A DNA stretch of 64,000 nucleotides from Octopus vulgaris (Eukaryota). How positions within the stretch are numbered: position 1 is the first letter of the stretch; each line of letters opens with the position of its first letter. The translations under genes and the position numbers were made by a program. The stretch covers positions 74,028,001 through 74,092,000 of the forward strand of contig OX597816.1 in the NCBI GenBank assembly GCA_951406725.2. The letters are read 5' to 3'. The notes under the pieces were generated by a model, which saw only the letters and a program-made list of their open reading frames with translations, was not told the DNA's origin and made no database searches. This document shows, piece after piece, positions 48,758 through 60,910 of the stretch.

Positions 48758-50117
48758 TAACAAAATAGACAACATCAAATTGTCTGTTGCTGTTGTAAAG
48801 AATTATTTTAGTTTTCAGATGGAAGATTCTGTCTTTGGCAGACAAAAATACAAAGAACAGAAGGTCTTTATTCTTGAGATATATGTGATAATTATTCTGG
48901 TGTGATGTCCAAGAATAGCTTTTAACAACACAGAAGTTAGTGGTGGGAAGGTAATATTTCTTTAAAAGAAAGGCGGCTAGCTGGCAGAAATGTTAGCATG
49001 CCAGGCAAAATGCTTAGCGGGATTTTGTCTGCCTTTATGTTCTGGGTTCAAATTTCGATGAGGTCAACTTTGCCTTTCATCCTGTTGGAGTTGATAAATT
49101 AAGTATCATTTGCATACTGGGGTCGATCTAATTGACCGGCCACACCCTAGAGCAGAAAAGAAACAGAAATATGTTTACTGCCATGTCATTTCAGTAATAT
49201 ATGGTGTGTGTTTTGAATATCTGATAAAACTCTAAGTGAAAACACAAGGGGTATCAAATGAGACACTGAATGAATCATATAGGATACCTGATGAAACCTT
49301 TAGTGAAAAATCAGAGGGTATCTAATGAAATTTTTCACTAAAGTCTATCAACTGATACAAGTTTAAAGGGCCCTATTAGTAACTTTGATCAGATTTGAAC
49401 ACAGAACCTTAGGATTTCGAGGTGTGAGTTGTTCTAAATGTGTTAATACTTGTTGAATATTGTAAAAATAATGAGACAGACAAATGTAAACTCTGCTAAA
49501 ATAGAAATCACCCGAAATCACTTTTTCGTTTTAAAAATATCCACAATGGAATGAACCAAAGCTTTAAGTCTGATATAATGGAGAGAAAGAGTCTATTTAA
49601 TTTTTATGGTTCTGCTGAATAAAGCTTGTTATTTCATCCAGTTTATTCAGGAAAAAATATGCAACTAAAAGGAGAAGGAAAACAAAACAAATATAGATTT
49701 ATAGAGTTATTAGTTTCAGGAATACAAGGTACATTAACTTTTAGGATAGAAATAATTCTTTGTTCAATGTTAACTTCTGGATGTTACAAAATTTCATATT
49801 TAAATATATATGTATAAATATATATGTGTTTGTGTGTGTGTGTGCAGGCATGGCTCTGTGGTAAGAAGCTTGCTTCACATCTGCATGGTTCTGGGTTCAA
49901 TTCAACTACATAGAACCTTGGGTTAAGTGTCTTCTACAATCTCCCTGGGCCAGCCAAAGCTTTGTGGGTGGATTTGGTAGATGGAAAAGTAACAGAAACC
50001 AGTTGTATATATATAATAATTATTATTTGAGGGAATAAAATCCAAACTTACAAGGAAAAAGAATTCAATTTAGAAATACTAAATCAAATTCCACACAATA
50101 TAATATATATATAAAAT

Positions 50118-50406
50118 ATTAGAAAAAAACACCTTTTATCAATTCAAAATGAATAATTAAATTACACCATCTAGAAAATTACATATAGTAGAAAAGTTAA
50201 AATTAAAATAACAATTAAAAAGTAAAGATTAAGTAAATTACAAAAATAATATAATACCTATTATATACATTATATTATTTTTGTAATTTACTTAATCTTT
50301 ACTTTTTAATTGTTATTTTAATTTTAACTTTTCTATTATATGTAATTTTCTAGATGGTGTAATTTAATTATTCATTTTGAATTGATAAAAGGTGTTTTTT
50401 TCTAAT
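50118..50406. repeat. Near-perfect AT-rich palindrome, 138-bp arms, 13-nt loop
   Basis: 50118-50255 is the reverse complement of 50269-50406, with one visible mismatch (ATAGTAG vs ATAATAG). Loop ACCTATTATATAC. Confidence 0.95.
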
Positions 50407-50649
50407 TTATGTATTTACTCGTTTCAGTCATTTGACTGCAGCCATGCTGGAACACCACTTTTAGTCGAACAAATCAACCCCAGGACTTATTCTTTGTAAA
50501 CCTAGTACTTATTCTATCGATGTCTTTTGCCAAACCACTAAGGTATGGGGACATAAACACACCAAGATTGGTTGTCAAGTGACAGTGGGGGGACAAACAC
50601 AGACACACAAACATATATATATGTATGTATATATATATATATATATATA

Positions 50650-51030
50650 TAAAATGCAAAATGGGGCAAGAATGCAAAACATTCAGACAGTTAGGTGATA
50701 CAAGAAAGGGACAACAAAACATCCAGATGGAAAACAAGGACGGGTCACTCAGAGTTTTCTTTCCTCAGTCGAGTTCCAGATTATCTTTGCAATTTTGGCT
50801 GGTTATACTCGAGATTGCTCCAATCTGGCCAGCCCCAAGGAAAAACTAAGCTAAGAGCATTAGATTCCTTGGAAGAAAGCAGCGAATGTATACAAAACCA
50901 AGGACAGAAAAAAACGGAGACAGTTGCACAAATGCAAATAACAGGACATAACAACAGGTGTCTTTCAACTAAGGACAAATTAAATTAAGTTTGCGTGTGT
51001 GGTAGTAAAGCCTTACGGCATGGATACAAG
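50650..51030. mobile_element. Diverged relative of the 29413-30582 Penelope-like family
   Basis: Shared GAGATTGCTCC..CTGGCCAGC..CAAGGAAAA.CTAAGC..GCATTAGATTCCTTGGAAGAAAGC..CGAATGTATACAAAAC. Confidence 0.65.
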
Positions 51031-51759
51031 ATGTCCTTCCTAATGCCAACCCCTCCAAGAGTGTAGTGAGTGCTTTTTACATGCCACCGGCTCAAGATCC
51101 AGTCAGGCAACACCAAATCCATTCACAAAGCTTTGGTCAGATGAAGGCTATAGTAGAAGACACTTGCCTAAGGTGACATACAGTGATATTGAACCCAGAA
51201 CCATGTAGTTGAGAAGCAAGCTTCTTCCCTCAGTTACTCTTTCATTTGTTTTTTCTTAAATTTGTGAAGTTATTGGAGCATTTAACCCTTCTGATACTGA
51301 CCATTTGAAACTGTCCCTGGGAAAAAAAAATGATCAGGAAATAGACCGATGGACATTTAAGATATCACGAAGCAGAAATATAATATGACACATGATAGTC
51401 ATGTCTTTATTTCAAGATGATAGCTTTGTGTGTGGAGAATGTTCAGCAGATACAGGTGTAACAAGGTGCCCTATTTAGGTGGACATGTTCTGCAAAGAAA
51501 TGGTTGAGTTAGTAACGAATGTGATATCACAAGTGGGAAGGTTTTTAAAGAGAATAGGAAAAATATGCATAGGTGCAGGCATGGCCATGTGGTAAGAAGT
51601 TTGCTTCTCAACCACATGGTTCTTGGTTCAGTCCACTGCATGGCACTTTGGGCAAGTGTCTTCTACTGTAGCCACAGGTCAGCCAAAGTCTGAATGGATT
51701 TGTTAGACAGAAAATGAAAGAAGCCTGTTGTTTATTTATATAAATATACACATGCTCGT

Positions 51760-52120
51760 AGATGTACATACATATATACATGTACATATATATACACATA
51801 CACAAATGTACATGTACATATATACAAATACACATATAGACATGTACTTATATACACATGCATATATATACACGTACATATATGCACATATACATATATA
51901 CATGTACATATATGCACATACACATATATACACATACATATATACACGTTCACATATATACACGTACATATATACACGTACACATATATACACGTACATA
52001 TATACACGTACACATATATACACATATATACATGTACACACATATACAGGTACATGCATACACATATATACATGTACATATATACATGTACACATATAGA
52101 CACGTACATATATACACTTA
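51760..52120. repeat. Compound (TA/CA) microsatellite, TATATACAC(A/G)TACA-type
   Basis: Low-complexity repeat; explains ORFs 51728-52272. Confidence 0.9.
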
Positions 52121-53096
52121 CACATTACAAGCTTTTTCAGTTTCCTTCTACCAAATCCACTCGAAGCTTTTGTCGATCCAGGCCTATAATAGAAGACACT
52201 TGTCCTAGATGCCATGCTGTGGGATTGAACCTGGAACCATGTGGTTGGGGTGCAAACTTCTCAACCACATAACCATGACAAATTTTATAATAATTTTTCA
52301 CATCACCTTAGATATAACATTTTCTGCTTTTTTTAAAAAAATATTTGAGAAATAAATGGCTGTAAATACAAGTTAAAATTTTAAAGTAAATAAAATTTTA
52401 AACAGAAAGTATATTAAATTTATAAAAATGCAAAACTTGGACAAAATTTGAATAATCTAAAATATTTGATTTTCCCAGATACCAACAGTAAAATTAAGAT
52501 TATTTGAATTTGCAGCCAACTCCTTTTAAATCAACAAAGATAATTATCTCACATAAGCTGCTGACACTAATGAATATAAATAATTAATTATCAAATACAA
52601 AAGTCGTATGTGGGACTATTTCACTGTTTCATTCAATAATTGGTTTCAAATTTTGACACAAGGCCAGCAATTTTAGGGGCGAGCTCAAGTCAGTTACATC
52701 AACCCCAGCGCTTAATTGATATTTATTTTGTTGACCATAAAAGAATGAAAGGCAAAACTAACCTCAATGGAATTTGAACTCAGAATGTAAAGACAGACGA
52801 AGTGCTGCTAAGCATTATGCTGGTGTGCTAACAATTCTGCCAGCTTGCCATCTTATTGCATTAGATGTTAAATTAGGTGCAGATATCGCTGTGTGGTTAA
52901 GATGGTTGCTTCCCAACAATGTGGCTTCAGGTTCAGTCCCACAGCATGGTACCTCAAGCAAGTGTATTTTTCCATGGCCCCAGGCCCAGCAAAAAATTTC
53001 TGAGTGGATTTGATCGATGATGATTGAAAGAAACTCATTGTGTATTCATCATCATCATTTAATTTCCATCTGCCATGCTGGCATCTATTGGGCAGT

Positions 53097-53262
53097 CAGT
53101 AGCGTAGTTAGAAGGTGGTGGTAGGGGCAGTCCACCTCTGGGCGGCACTTTGAAAGGGGTGGCCTTTTGGGTCTGTTGTAGGTAATATGTAATTTTTGTG
53201 GTGACCAGGGGCGGCAAATGGAAGGGCCACCTTGGGTGGCACACACTCTAGCTCCACCAGGG
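53097..53262. mobile_element. hAT-type MITE with 8-bp TSD, inserted in a family-C SINE tail
   Basis: TSD TGGGCAGT (53089-53096) / TGGACAGT (53263-53270); degenerate TIRs CAGTAGCGTAGTTAGA / TCTAGCTCCACCAGGG. Confidence 0.75.
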
Positions 53263-55641
53263 TGGACAGTTCAATAGGATCTGACAAACTGGTTGACTGT
53301 GTTGAGCTTGACTGTCTGCTTTGCCATGGTTTTGATGGCTTCATGCCCTTCCCTTGGTGCCAACCATTTTACAGTGTGTATTGGGTGTTTTTTTTTTCCA
53401 TGCTTCTGGCATGAGTGAGGTGGTCAAGTATGTATGTCTGTTAGTGTCTCCCTTGTCCTCACATCACATGGTACTTACAAGTGAGTATCTCCATCATACA
53501 TGTGATGTTGTTCATTGCCAGTCTTCCATGAAAATATATCCATCCATGGAGGAGAACTATTACCCTCTCTGAAAAATAGGTGAGGATTGGTGACAGGAAG
53601 AGCATCCAGCAGTAGAAAAATCTGTCTCGATAAATTTTGTTTTACCCATGCAAATATGGAAAAGTGGATGTTGAGGCAATAATGATGATGATGGTGGTGG
53701 TGGTGGTGGTGGTGGTGGTGGTGGTAATAATGATGATGTTGGTGGTGGTGATGATGGTGAGGATGATGATGGTGGTGGTGGTGATGATGGTGAGGATGAT
53801 GATGATGGTGGTGGTGGTGATGATGATTACATCATTACTATTATTAACTGAAATGGAACGAAGTCAAAAGAAAGTTGTGGACGTATGCAATAGATGAAAT
53901 TTTTCAGGGGATGTTCTAAAAATTTGGATAAATTCTTGTGCACCGGAGAGATGAAAATGTCGATCCCTCTCCCATAGCATTCCTACTTTTGGTGGGGTTA
54001 AACATGTCTGCATACTTCTCTATAAATACATTTGGCCCTGGGTCAGCCCTTATTGCGTAGGCCTCTGATCAAAAGCCTTCAAACCATCCTCACTATATTT
54101 TTATATATGATATTTAATGTATCCTTCTTTTTTAAAGGCTAGTGTGTGATTTGATGGATTTGATAGCAGTTTCTAGACAGTCGAAATTCTCTCGTTCTGT
54201 AATACAGTAGCCTATGTAATTAATTATTTAAATAAGTTTGTGTTGCTAATTCGTGGTAAAACAAAACAGTAATTGTTGCTAAGATCAAGCAATGAAAAAT
54301 TAGTAACGAAATACGTGGACGTTAAACATAAGGGAGATAACTGCTGAGCGTTAGTGAAATTCTGCTTCAGCAAAGATTTCATTGCGAATAATAGTTGTTG
54401 GGTGAACTGTCTTTTCTTTTCATTACTGCTTTAGGTACAGGGCCCGAAATTTTTGGGGAAGGGGCCAGGCGATTAGATCGATCCCAGAACGCAACTGGTA
54501 CTTAATTTATTGACCCCGAAAGGATGAAAGGCAAAGTCGACCTCGGTCTGCGATCAAAAAGCTTCCAGCCGTGACCATCTCATCTTTTCAGAAATATGTC
54601 TACGATTACGTAGATGTTCCTTTATGTAATAGAAATGTCTAATAGCAGTAATTTAGATAAATAATTTTAGTCAACTGTCAAGAATAACATATTTGGGGAA
54701 AAAGTAGTAAAGAGATTGATAGATTAAGGAGATGGACAGGAAAGGATCAGCATTGCTGAAGAAAAAAAATAAATTCCATTAGAAATAAATGTAGAATATA
54801 GGCAAAACCTATATTTCCTCTGATCTTTTTAAATCCTTGTTCGTTTCTAGAATGATCATCAAGAATGTTGTCCGACTTTTCAATGTCCCTGTAGAGAGAG
54901 ACTTGGTACAAAAGTCATTTTGAAGATATATATTTGAACAATCAGATAGTAACAACCAAAATCTTATCACCAATCACGTCCAGAATTTTACATCTGGAAT
55001 GTGCTGATGTTAAATCACAATGATGATGACGATGATGATGATCATCATCATCATCATCCTTAGCATTATTTAACGTCCCTTTTCCATGCTGGTGTGGGTT
55101 GGATGGGTTGACAGGGCTGGCTTGGCAGAAGACTATTTGAGGCTTCACGGGCTGTTTTGGCAGCAGCTTTTATGGTTGGATGTCCTTCCTATCAACCAAC
55201 CACCTGACAGAGTGCTTTTTATGTGACACCAGCACTAGACGAGGCAAAACAAAGGCCAGTCAAGAAGTAGATGTGTTGGGCATGGATGGACCAAAGTCCA
55301 AGGAAGAAGGGAGTAAAGGAAGAAAAATTTACATTTTTACTTCAGTAAAAATTATTGTAAACATTTAATGAAACTTGAAAGGTTTTGCACGATTTTAATT
55401 TATTTCATTTTATTTTATTTTATTTACTGGTTTCAGTCATTGGACTGTGGCCATGCTGGGGCACAGTCTTGAAAAGTTTTATTTGAACAAATTGAGCCCA
55501 GTGCCAGAGCTTGCTTTTTTTAAAGCTTGGTGCTTATTTTATTGGTCTCTTTTATTGAACCTTTAGCTATAGGAATTTAAATAGACTGACACCATTTGTC
55601 AAGCAGCCTGGTCCTGGGGGGAGGGGCAAACACACATTTCA

Positions 55642-55687
<46 letters not shown>

Positions 55688-56420
55688 ATTATTCTGAATA
55701 TACATGTGTACTGAGATGTAATTTGAAAAGCCCGCCTCTTACATAGATATATAAGAGTGTACAATCCTTTGTGCTATGCTGGATACTTTAGGTGTTCGTC
55801 TGGTATGTTGAATTTTGTTCATTTTGTTATGTGTCTTGATTATGCCTGCACTGACGATTAGAAAGTGGATTATGTACATGAACTATGAAATATGATTTGC
55901 AGCTGAATCTGTTTTTAAGAGTTGGCATCCAAGTTGCCTTCCTGCACTGTCACTATATTTATTATGGTAGTTTTAACTTTAAGAGTCCCTTATAGCACGA
56001 AGCATTTACGTGTAGTAATGCCCCTAATATAAAATTATATATATATATATATATCATTCCAAGAGAATTAGAGGTTGTGAATCCAACAACTAAGGGAAAA
56101 TATCTATCCAATATACTGCTGGTAGAATACCCAATTATATTAATATACAAGTAAATGTAATAAATGGGCTAGGGTAAAAAGCTTTTTACTCTTAATTTAT
56201 AGGGCAATAAGAAAATGGAGGGGATCAGGAGGTGGTATTCATCAACTTTTAGACATTATATTATGTCTATTTATTTATCTAAAAAAAATCAATTATAATA
56301 ATATACATACATGTATAACATATGCTTTACATATATAAAAATACCAGTAATTATTAAAATATATAACATAGAACATAGAGAGTAAGAAAATTGATTCCGT
56401 TGTATGCATATACATATTTG

Positions 56421-59400
56421 AGTGCTACTGGTACCATGTAGTCCAGTACAACCTGTTACATGGTCGGGTCGTCGGCGACTAAACCGGCAACCCTACCAGG
56501 CTTGCTTGGTGAGGCGGGTGTTTGTTGGACACCCTGCAGGACAAAAAAATAAGACCTGTCAAAGGGTGGAAGAACTACAGCGTAGTCAACGGCCATCCAA
56601 CGCTCTGCTGCCTTGTAAATAGACTTTTTAGTCAAAGGCTCCAGGTGGGGTCTCCTAAACTAACCCCCTACTCCGGCCTAGGCAACCGGGTAATATACGC
56701 CTACTGAAAACCATGGATCCTTTTCTCTCTTTCGCCATGGTTTGGATGGCATGGGCAGGAGGAGCTCGTCAGCCATGGTTGGCAACCCTCCTAGGAGAGG
56801 ATAACTCCGACTTCAAACCTACGACCCGAGGATCTCGCTGTCACCGTCCCAGCTCGCTAGGCCATGGCAGATGAACCTCGTGCTTAAAGGGTGGGGCCAG
56901 TTTGCGCGCACTGCACTTCACCTTAAAAAACTCCCTAGCGTAGGCCAAAGGACATGACCATGTTCTGTGACCAGCCATCCTAAAAGTCCTGCAGCGATGG
57001 GAAAGGGGCGAAAGCGGCAAGTGGAAGATGTCACTGGAAGCCGTAGTCTCAACCCTACATGTAGGCAGCTCAGGACTTTGGTTGCCTGGTTGTTGACCCG
57101 GAGACGACGACACCACTCGGCAGCATCCTGAGCGACCAGGCAGCCCTATTTAGGGAGTGCACTGCTTGCTCCACATGGAGAGGGGCGGTAGAAAAGATTC
57201 GCCTAAACAAAGCTCGTCTCCTCTATACCCAGTTGACTAACCGCGGTCAACGAGCATCTTCAGAGCGGTCGAACAAACATGGAAACAAAACCGAAGGAAA
57301 GTAAGCAGGAGTTGAAAGTTGCCTGCTGGAATGTCAGGACCATGCTTGACAAGGCTGACAGCAACCGCCTGGAACGTCGTTCGGCTCTCATAGCTCATGA
57401 ACTCTCCCGTCTCAACATTGACATAGCAGCTCTCAGCGAGGTCCGCTTCGCTGACGAGGGCAGCCTCAAAGAACGCGGTGCTGGCTCCACCTTCTTCTGG
57501 TCCGGAAAACCATCATCTGGAAAACGTGTGTCGGGTGTAGGACTCATAGTGAGGAATTCCATCACCTCCAAACTGGAAACGTTACCCACGGGCCACTCAG
57601 ACCGCATCATATCCATGCGCCTACCACTGGAGAGCAAACAACATCTCACTCTCTTCAGTGTTTATGCTCCAACTCTACTGGCAGATCCCGCGGACAAAAA
57701 CAGCTTCTATTCTGATCTGTGCAGACTCTTAAACAACACCCCTGCAAACGACAAGGTCCTGATCCTTGGCGACTTCAACGCAAGAGTTGGGAAGAACTCT
57801 GAGGCTTGGAAAGGAGTCCTTGGAAGACACGGCATTGGTGGCTGTAATGACAACGGGCACCTCCTGCTCGAGTTCTGCACGGAGCACCAACTTGATATTA
57901 CCAACACAATCTTCCAACAGAAAGACCGTCTGAAAACTACTTGGATGCATCCCCGGTCCAAACATTGGCATCTACTTGACTATGTGCTTGTGCGCCAGCG
58001 AGACCTGAAAGACGTTCTACACACAAGAGTGATGCTCAGTGCAGAGTGCCACACCGACCATCGCCTTGTCCGCTGCAAGCTCAAACTGCAGTTCAAACCC
58101 AAACCCAAGAAGAAAGGTAACCCCATAAAGAAACTCAATGTCGACAGCTTGTGCCGGGAGGAAGTGAAAATCAAATTCCAAGCAAACCTGCAGCAAAGAC
58201 TAGACGAATCCCCCTGCACTGATGATACCACCCCAGACACCTTGTGTGAGAACCTGAAATCAGCCATCCTTAAGACATCTATGGAAGTTCATGGGCACAC
58301 AAAGAAGAAAAACAAGGACTGTTTCGATGAAAATGACAAGGAGATCCAGGAATTACTAGCAAGGAAGAGGGCAGCTCATCAGGCCCACCTCGCACAACCA
58401 GCCTGTCTTGTGAAGAAAACTACCTTTCGACGTGCATGCAGCACCCTGCAGCAAAAACTCAGAGAAATGCAGAACGAGTGGTGGGACCACCTGGCGCGGA
58501 GAACCCAGCTGTGCGCTGACCTCGGAGACTATAGAGGCTTCTATAAGGCTCTGAAAGCAGTGTATGGCCCCACCCACCTGGTCCAGAGTCCCCTACGCAG
58601 TTCAGATGGACAGGACCTCCTCACCGATAACACCTCCATCCTCGTTCGCTGGTCCAAGCACTTCCAAAGCCTCTTCAGTGCTAACCGTACCGTACAGGAC
58701 GCTGCCATTCTTCGCATTCCTCAACTTCCACTCAAGGAGGAGCTCAACGAACCACCCACCCTCGTAGAAACGATTGAAGCCATAGGACAACTCAAGAGTC
58801 GCAAAGCAGCAGGAGTTAACGGCATCCCACCAGAAATCTGGAAGAATGGAGGTCCGATGCTCCATGACAAACTCCATGATTTTCTTGTCTGCTGCTGGGA
58901 GCAGAGCAAGCTGCTACAGGATCTTTACGACGCCATCATCATAACCCTATACAAGAACAAGGGTGAAAAGTCTGACTGCTCCAACTACCGGGGAATCACC
59001 CTACACTCCATCGCCGGCAAAGTACTTGCAAGGATCCTGCTCAATAGGCTAGTACCAACCATCGCTGAAGAAAACCTCCCCGAGAGCCAGTGTGGCTTCA
59101 GAGCCAACAGAGGCACAACGGATATGGTGTTCGTCCTCCGCCAACTCCAGGAGAAGTACCGAGAACAAAACAGGGGACTCTATGCTACTTTCGTCGACCT
59201 TACAAAAGCATTTGACACAGTGAGCAGGACAGGTATATGGCTCATCCTGGAACGACTTGGCTGTCCCACCAAGTTTCTACAGATGGTGATCCAGCTGCAC
59301 GAGAATCAGCGTGGTCAGATCAGACACAATGCTGACCTGTCGGAGCCCTTCCCCATTTCCAACGGCGTGAAGCAGGGTTGCGTCCTGGCACCGACTCTCT

Positions 59401-60549
59401 TCAGCATCTTCTTCAGCATGATGATCAAGCATGCAACTGAAGATATGGAGGATGAGGATGGGGTGTATGTTAGGTATCGTCTGGATGGCAGTCTCTTCAA
59501 TCTACGGCGCCTCCAAGCCCTCACCAATACCCAGGAAAGGTTGATCCGAGACCTTCTCTTCGCATACGACGCTGTCCTTGTCGCCCACACAGAGCGAGCT
59601 CTGCAGCGCATCACGTCCTACTTTGCAGACGCCTCGCAGCTCTTTGGCCTGGAGGTCAGCCTCAAGAAGACGGAGGTACTTCACCAACCTACACCCCAAG
59701 AGGAATACCGCCCACCCCACATCACTATCTGCGGTACCGAACTGAAGTCAATACAGCAGTTTACATACCTGGGCTGCATCATCTCCTCTGATGCAAGGAT
59801 CGACAAGGAAATTGACAATAGACTTTCTAAGGCAAATAGCTCCTTTGGCAGATTGTACAAACGTGTTTGGCACAATGGTGGCCTGAAGAACAAAACAAAG
59901 ATCAGTGTCTACAGGGCCGTGGTTCTCACCACTCTTCTATACGGCTCAGAGACCTGGATCACTTACCGCAGTCACATCCGTCTCCTCGAGTGCTTCCACC
60001 AGCGATGTCTCCGCACTATCCTCAACATTCACTGGAGTGACTTCATCACAAACATTGAAGTCTTGGAGCGGGCCGAGATCCCCAGCATTGAAGCCACGCT
60101 ACTAAAGTACCACCTCCGATGGGCAGGGCATGTCTCCAGAATGGAGAACCATCGCCTTCCAAAGATTGCCCTGTTTGGCGAACTTTCCACTGGCCACCGA
60201 GTGAGAGGAGCTCCGAGGAAGCGCTACAAAGACTGCCTCAAGAAGTCTCTAACAGCATGTGAAATTAACCACCAGATTGCTGGTCAGACCTGGCTGCGGA
60301 CCGTGATGTCTGGGGCCACACGATCTTCAACGCAGTCAGCAAGTTTGAGAAACAAAAAAGAGACGCACTTAAAGACAAGAGACGCAAGAGGAAGGCGTGA
60401 GCCGCCTCTGACACCACACCGGATGTTACCTTCGTCTGTGGACACTGCTCACGGACCTGCCTTTCCCATATCGGACTCAGTCATGAGCGTACATGCACGC
60501 GACGTGGACAGCCTTCCTGATCTTCGTTCGCGAAGCCGAGCCATGATGA
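56421..60549 (+). mobile_element. Near-full-length RTE-clade (BovB-like) LINE
   Basis: About 860-bp GC-rich 5'UTR, a single APE-RT ORF, short 3'UTR and ATGATGAT tail. Sharp GC contrast with the flanks. Confidence 0.95.
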
Positions 60550-60578
60550 TATATATGTATATATGTGACAAAGGCTAG
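57279..60578 (+). CDS. RTE LINE endonuclease-reverse transcriptase polyprotein (probably inactive copy)
   Basis: APE motifs WNVRT, ALSEVR, VYAPT, LGDFNARVG, LDY and TDH. RT motifs NYRGITL, ESQCGFR, FVDLTKAFD, GVKQGCVLAP and FTYLG. The catalytic FADD reads FAYD, and a frameshift near 60275 diverts the native C-terminus. Confidence 0.9.
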   Translation: METKPKESKQELKVACWNVRTMLDKADSNRLERRSALIAHELSRLNIDIAALSEVRFADEGSLKERGAGSTFFWSGKPSSGKRVSGVGLIVRNSITSKLETLPTGHSDRIISMRLPLESKQHLTLFSVYAPTLLADPADKNSFYSDLCRLLNNTPANDKVLILGDFNARVGKNSEAWKGVLGRHGIGGCNDNGHLLLEFCTEHQLDITNTIFQQKDRLKTTWMHPRSKHWHLLDYVLVRQRDLKDVLHTRVMLSAECHTDHRLVRCKLKLQFKPKPKKKGNPIKKLNVDSLCREEVKIKFQANLQQRLDESPCTDDTTPDTLCENLKSAILKTSMEVHGHTKKKNKDCFDENDKEIQELLARKRAAHQAHLAQPACLVKKTTFRRACSTLQQKLREMQNEWWDHLARRTQLCADLGDYRGFYKALKAVYGPTHLVQSPLRSSDGQDLLTDNTSILVRWSKHFQSLFSANRTVQDAAILRIPQLPLKEELNEPPTLVETIEAIGQLKSRKAAGVNGIPPEIWKNGGPMLHDKLHDFLVCCWEQSKLLQDLYDAIIITLYKNKGEKSDCSNYRGITLHSIAGKVLARILLNRLVPTIAEENLPESQCGFRANRGTTDMVFVLRQLQEKYREQNRGLYATFVDLTKAFDTVSRTGIWLILERLGCPTKFLQMVIQLHENQRGQIRHNADLSEPFPISNGVKQGCVLAPTLFSIFFSMMIKHATEDMEDEDGVYVRYRLDGSLFNLRRLQALTNTQERLIRDLLFAYDAVLVAHTERALQRITSYFADASQLFGLEVSLKKTEVLHQPTPQEEYRPPHITICGTELKSIQQFTYLGCIISSDARIDKEIDNRLSKANSSFGRLYKRVWHNGGLKNKTKISVYRAVVLTTLLYGSETWITYRSHIRLLECFHQRCLRTILNIHWSDFITNIEVLERAEIPSIEATLLKYHLRWAGHVSRMENHRLPKIALFGELSTGHRVRGAPRKRYKDCLKKSLTACEINHQIAGQTWLRTVMSGATRSSTQSASLRNKKETHLKTRDARGRREPPLTPHRMLPSSVDTAHGPAFPISDSVMSVHARDVDSLPDLRSRSRAMMIYMYICDKG

Positions 60579-60619
60579 AGGCCCACACATGTACCTTAGT
60601 TTTATCTACCAAATACTTC

Positions 60620-60682
60620 AGTTCACTGAAGGGATGGAAGCGGGGTACTATGACCTCTTCCCTGAAACAGCTGTAAAAAACT
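60620..60682 (+). ncRNA. Hammerhead ribozyme-like motif with palindromic stem III
   Basis: AGTT-CA-CTGAAGG-GATGGAAG[CGGGGTACTATGACCT]CTTCCCT-GAAA-CAGCTG-TA-AAAAACT. GAAA box, palindrome ACAGCTGT and a GUA site are present; A9 reads G. Confidence 0.55.
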
Positions 60683-60867
60683 ATTCTACTTTCTATGTTC
60701 TACGTTATATATTTTAATAATTACTGGTCTTTTTATATATGTAAAGCATAATCTGTTATACATGTATGTATATTATTATAATTGTTTTTTTTTAAATAAG
60801 TAAATAGACATAATATAAAGTCTAAAATTTGATGAATACCACTTCTTGATCCCCTTCATTTTCTTTT

Positions 60868-60910
<43 letters not shown>

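Larger units (their letters stand above)
56209..60865. repeat. Inverted repeat arms (56209-56388 / 60684-60865) flanking the RTE LINE
   Basis: CAATTATAATAATATACATACATGTATAACA...CCAGTAATTATTAAAATATATAAC pairs with GTTATATATTTTAATAATTACTGG...TGTTATACATGTATGTATATTATTATAATTG. Confidence 0.88.

Noticed and set aside
57395-59893. Minus-strand ORFs within the RTE ORF
   Set aside because: Antisense shadows of the GC-richer LINE coding sequence with no independent motifs.
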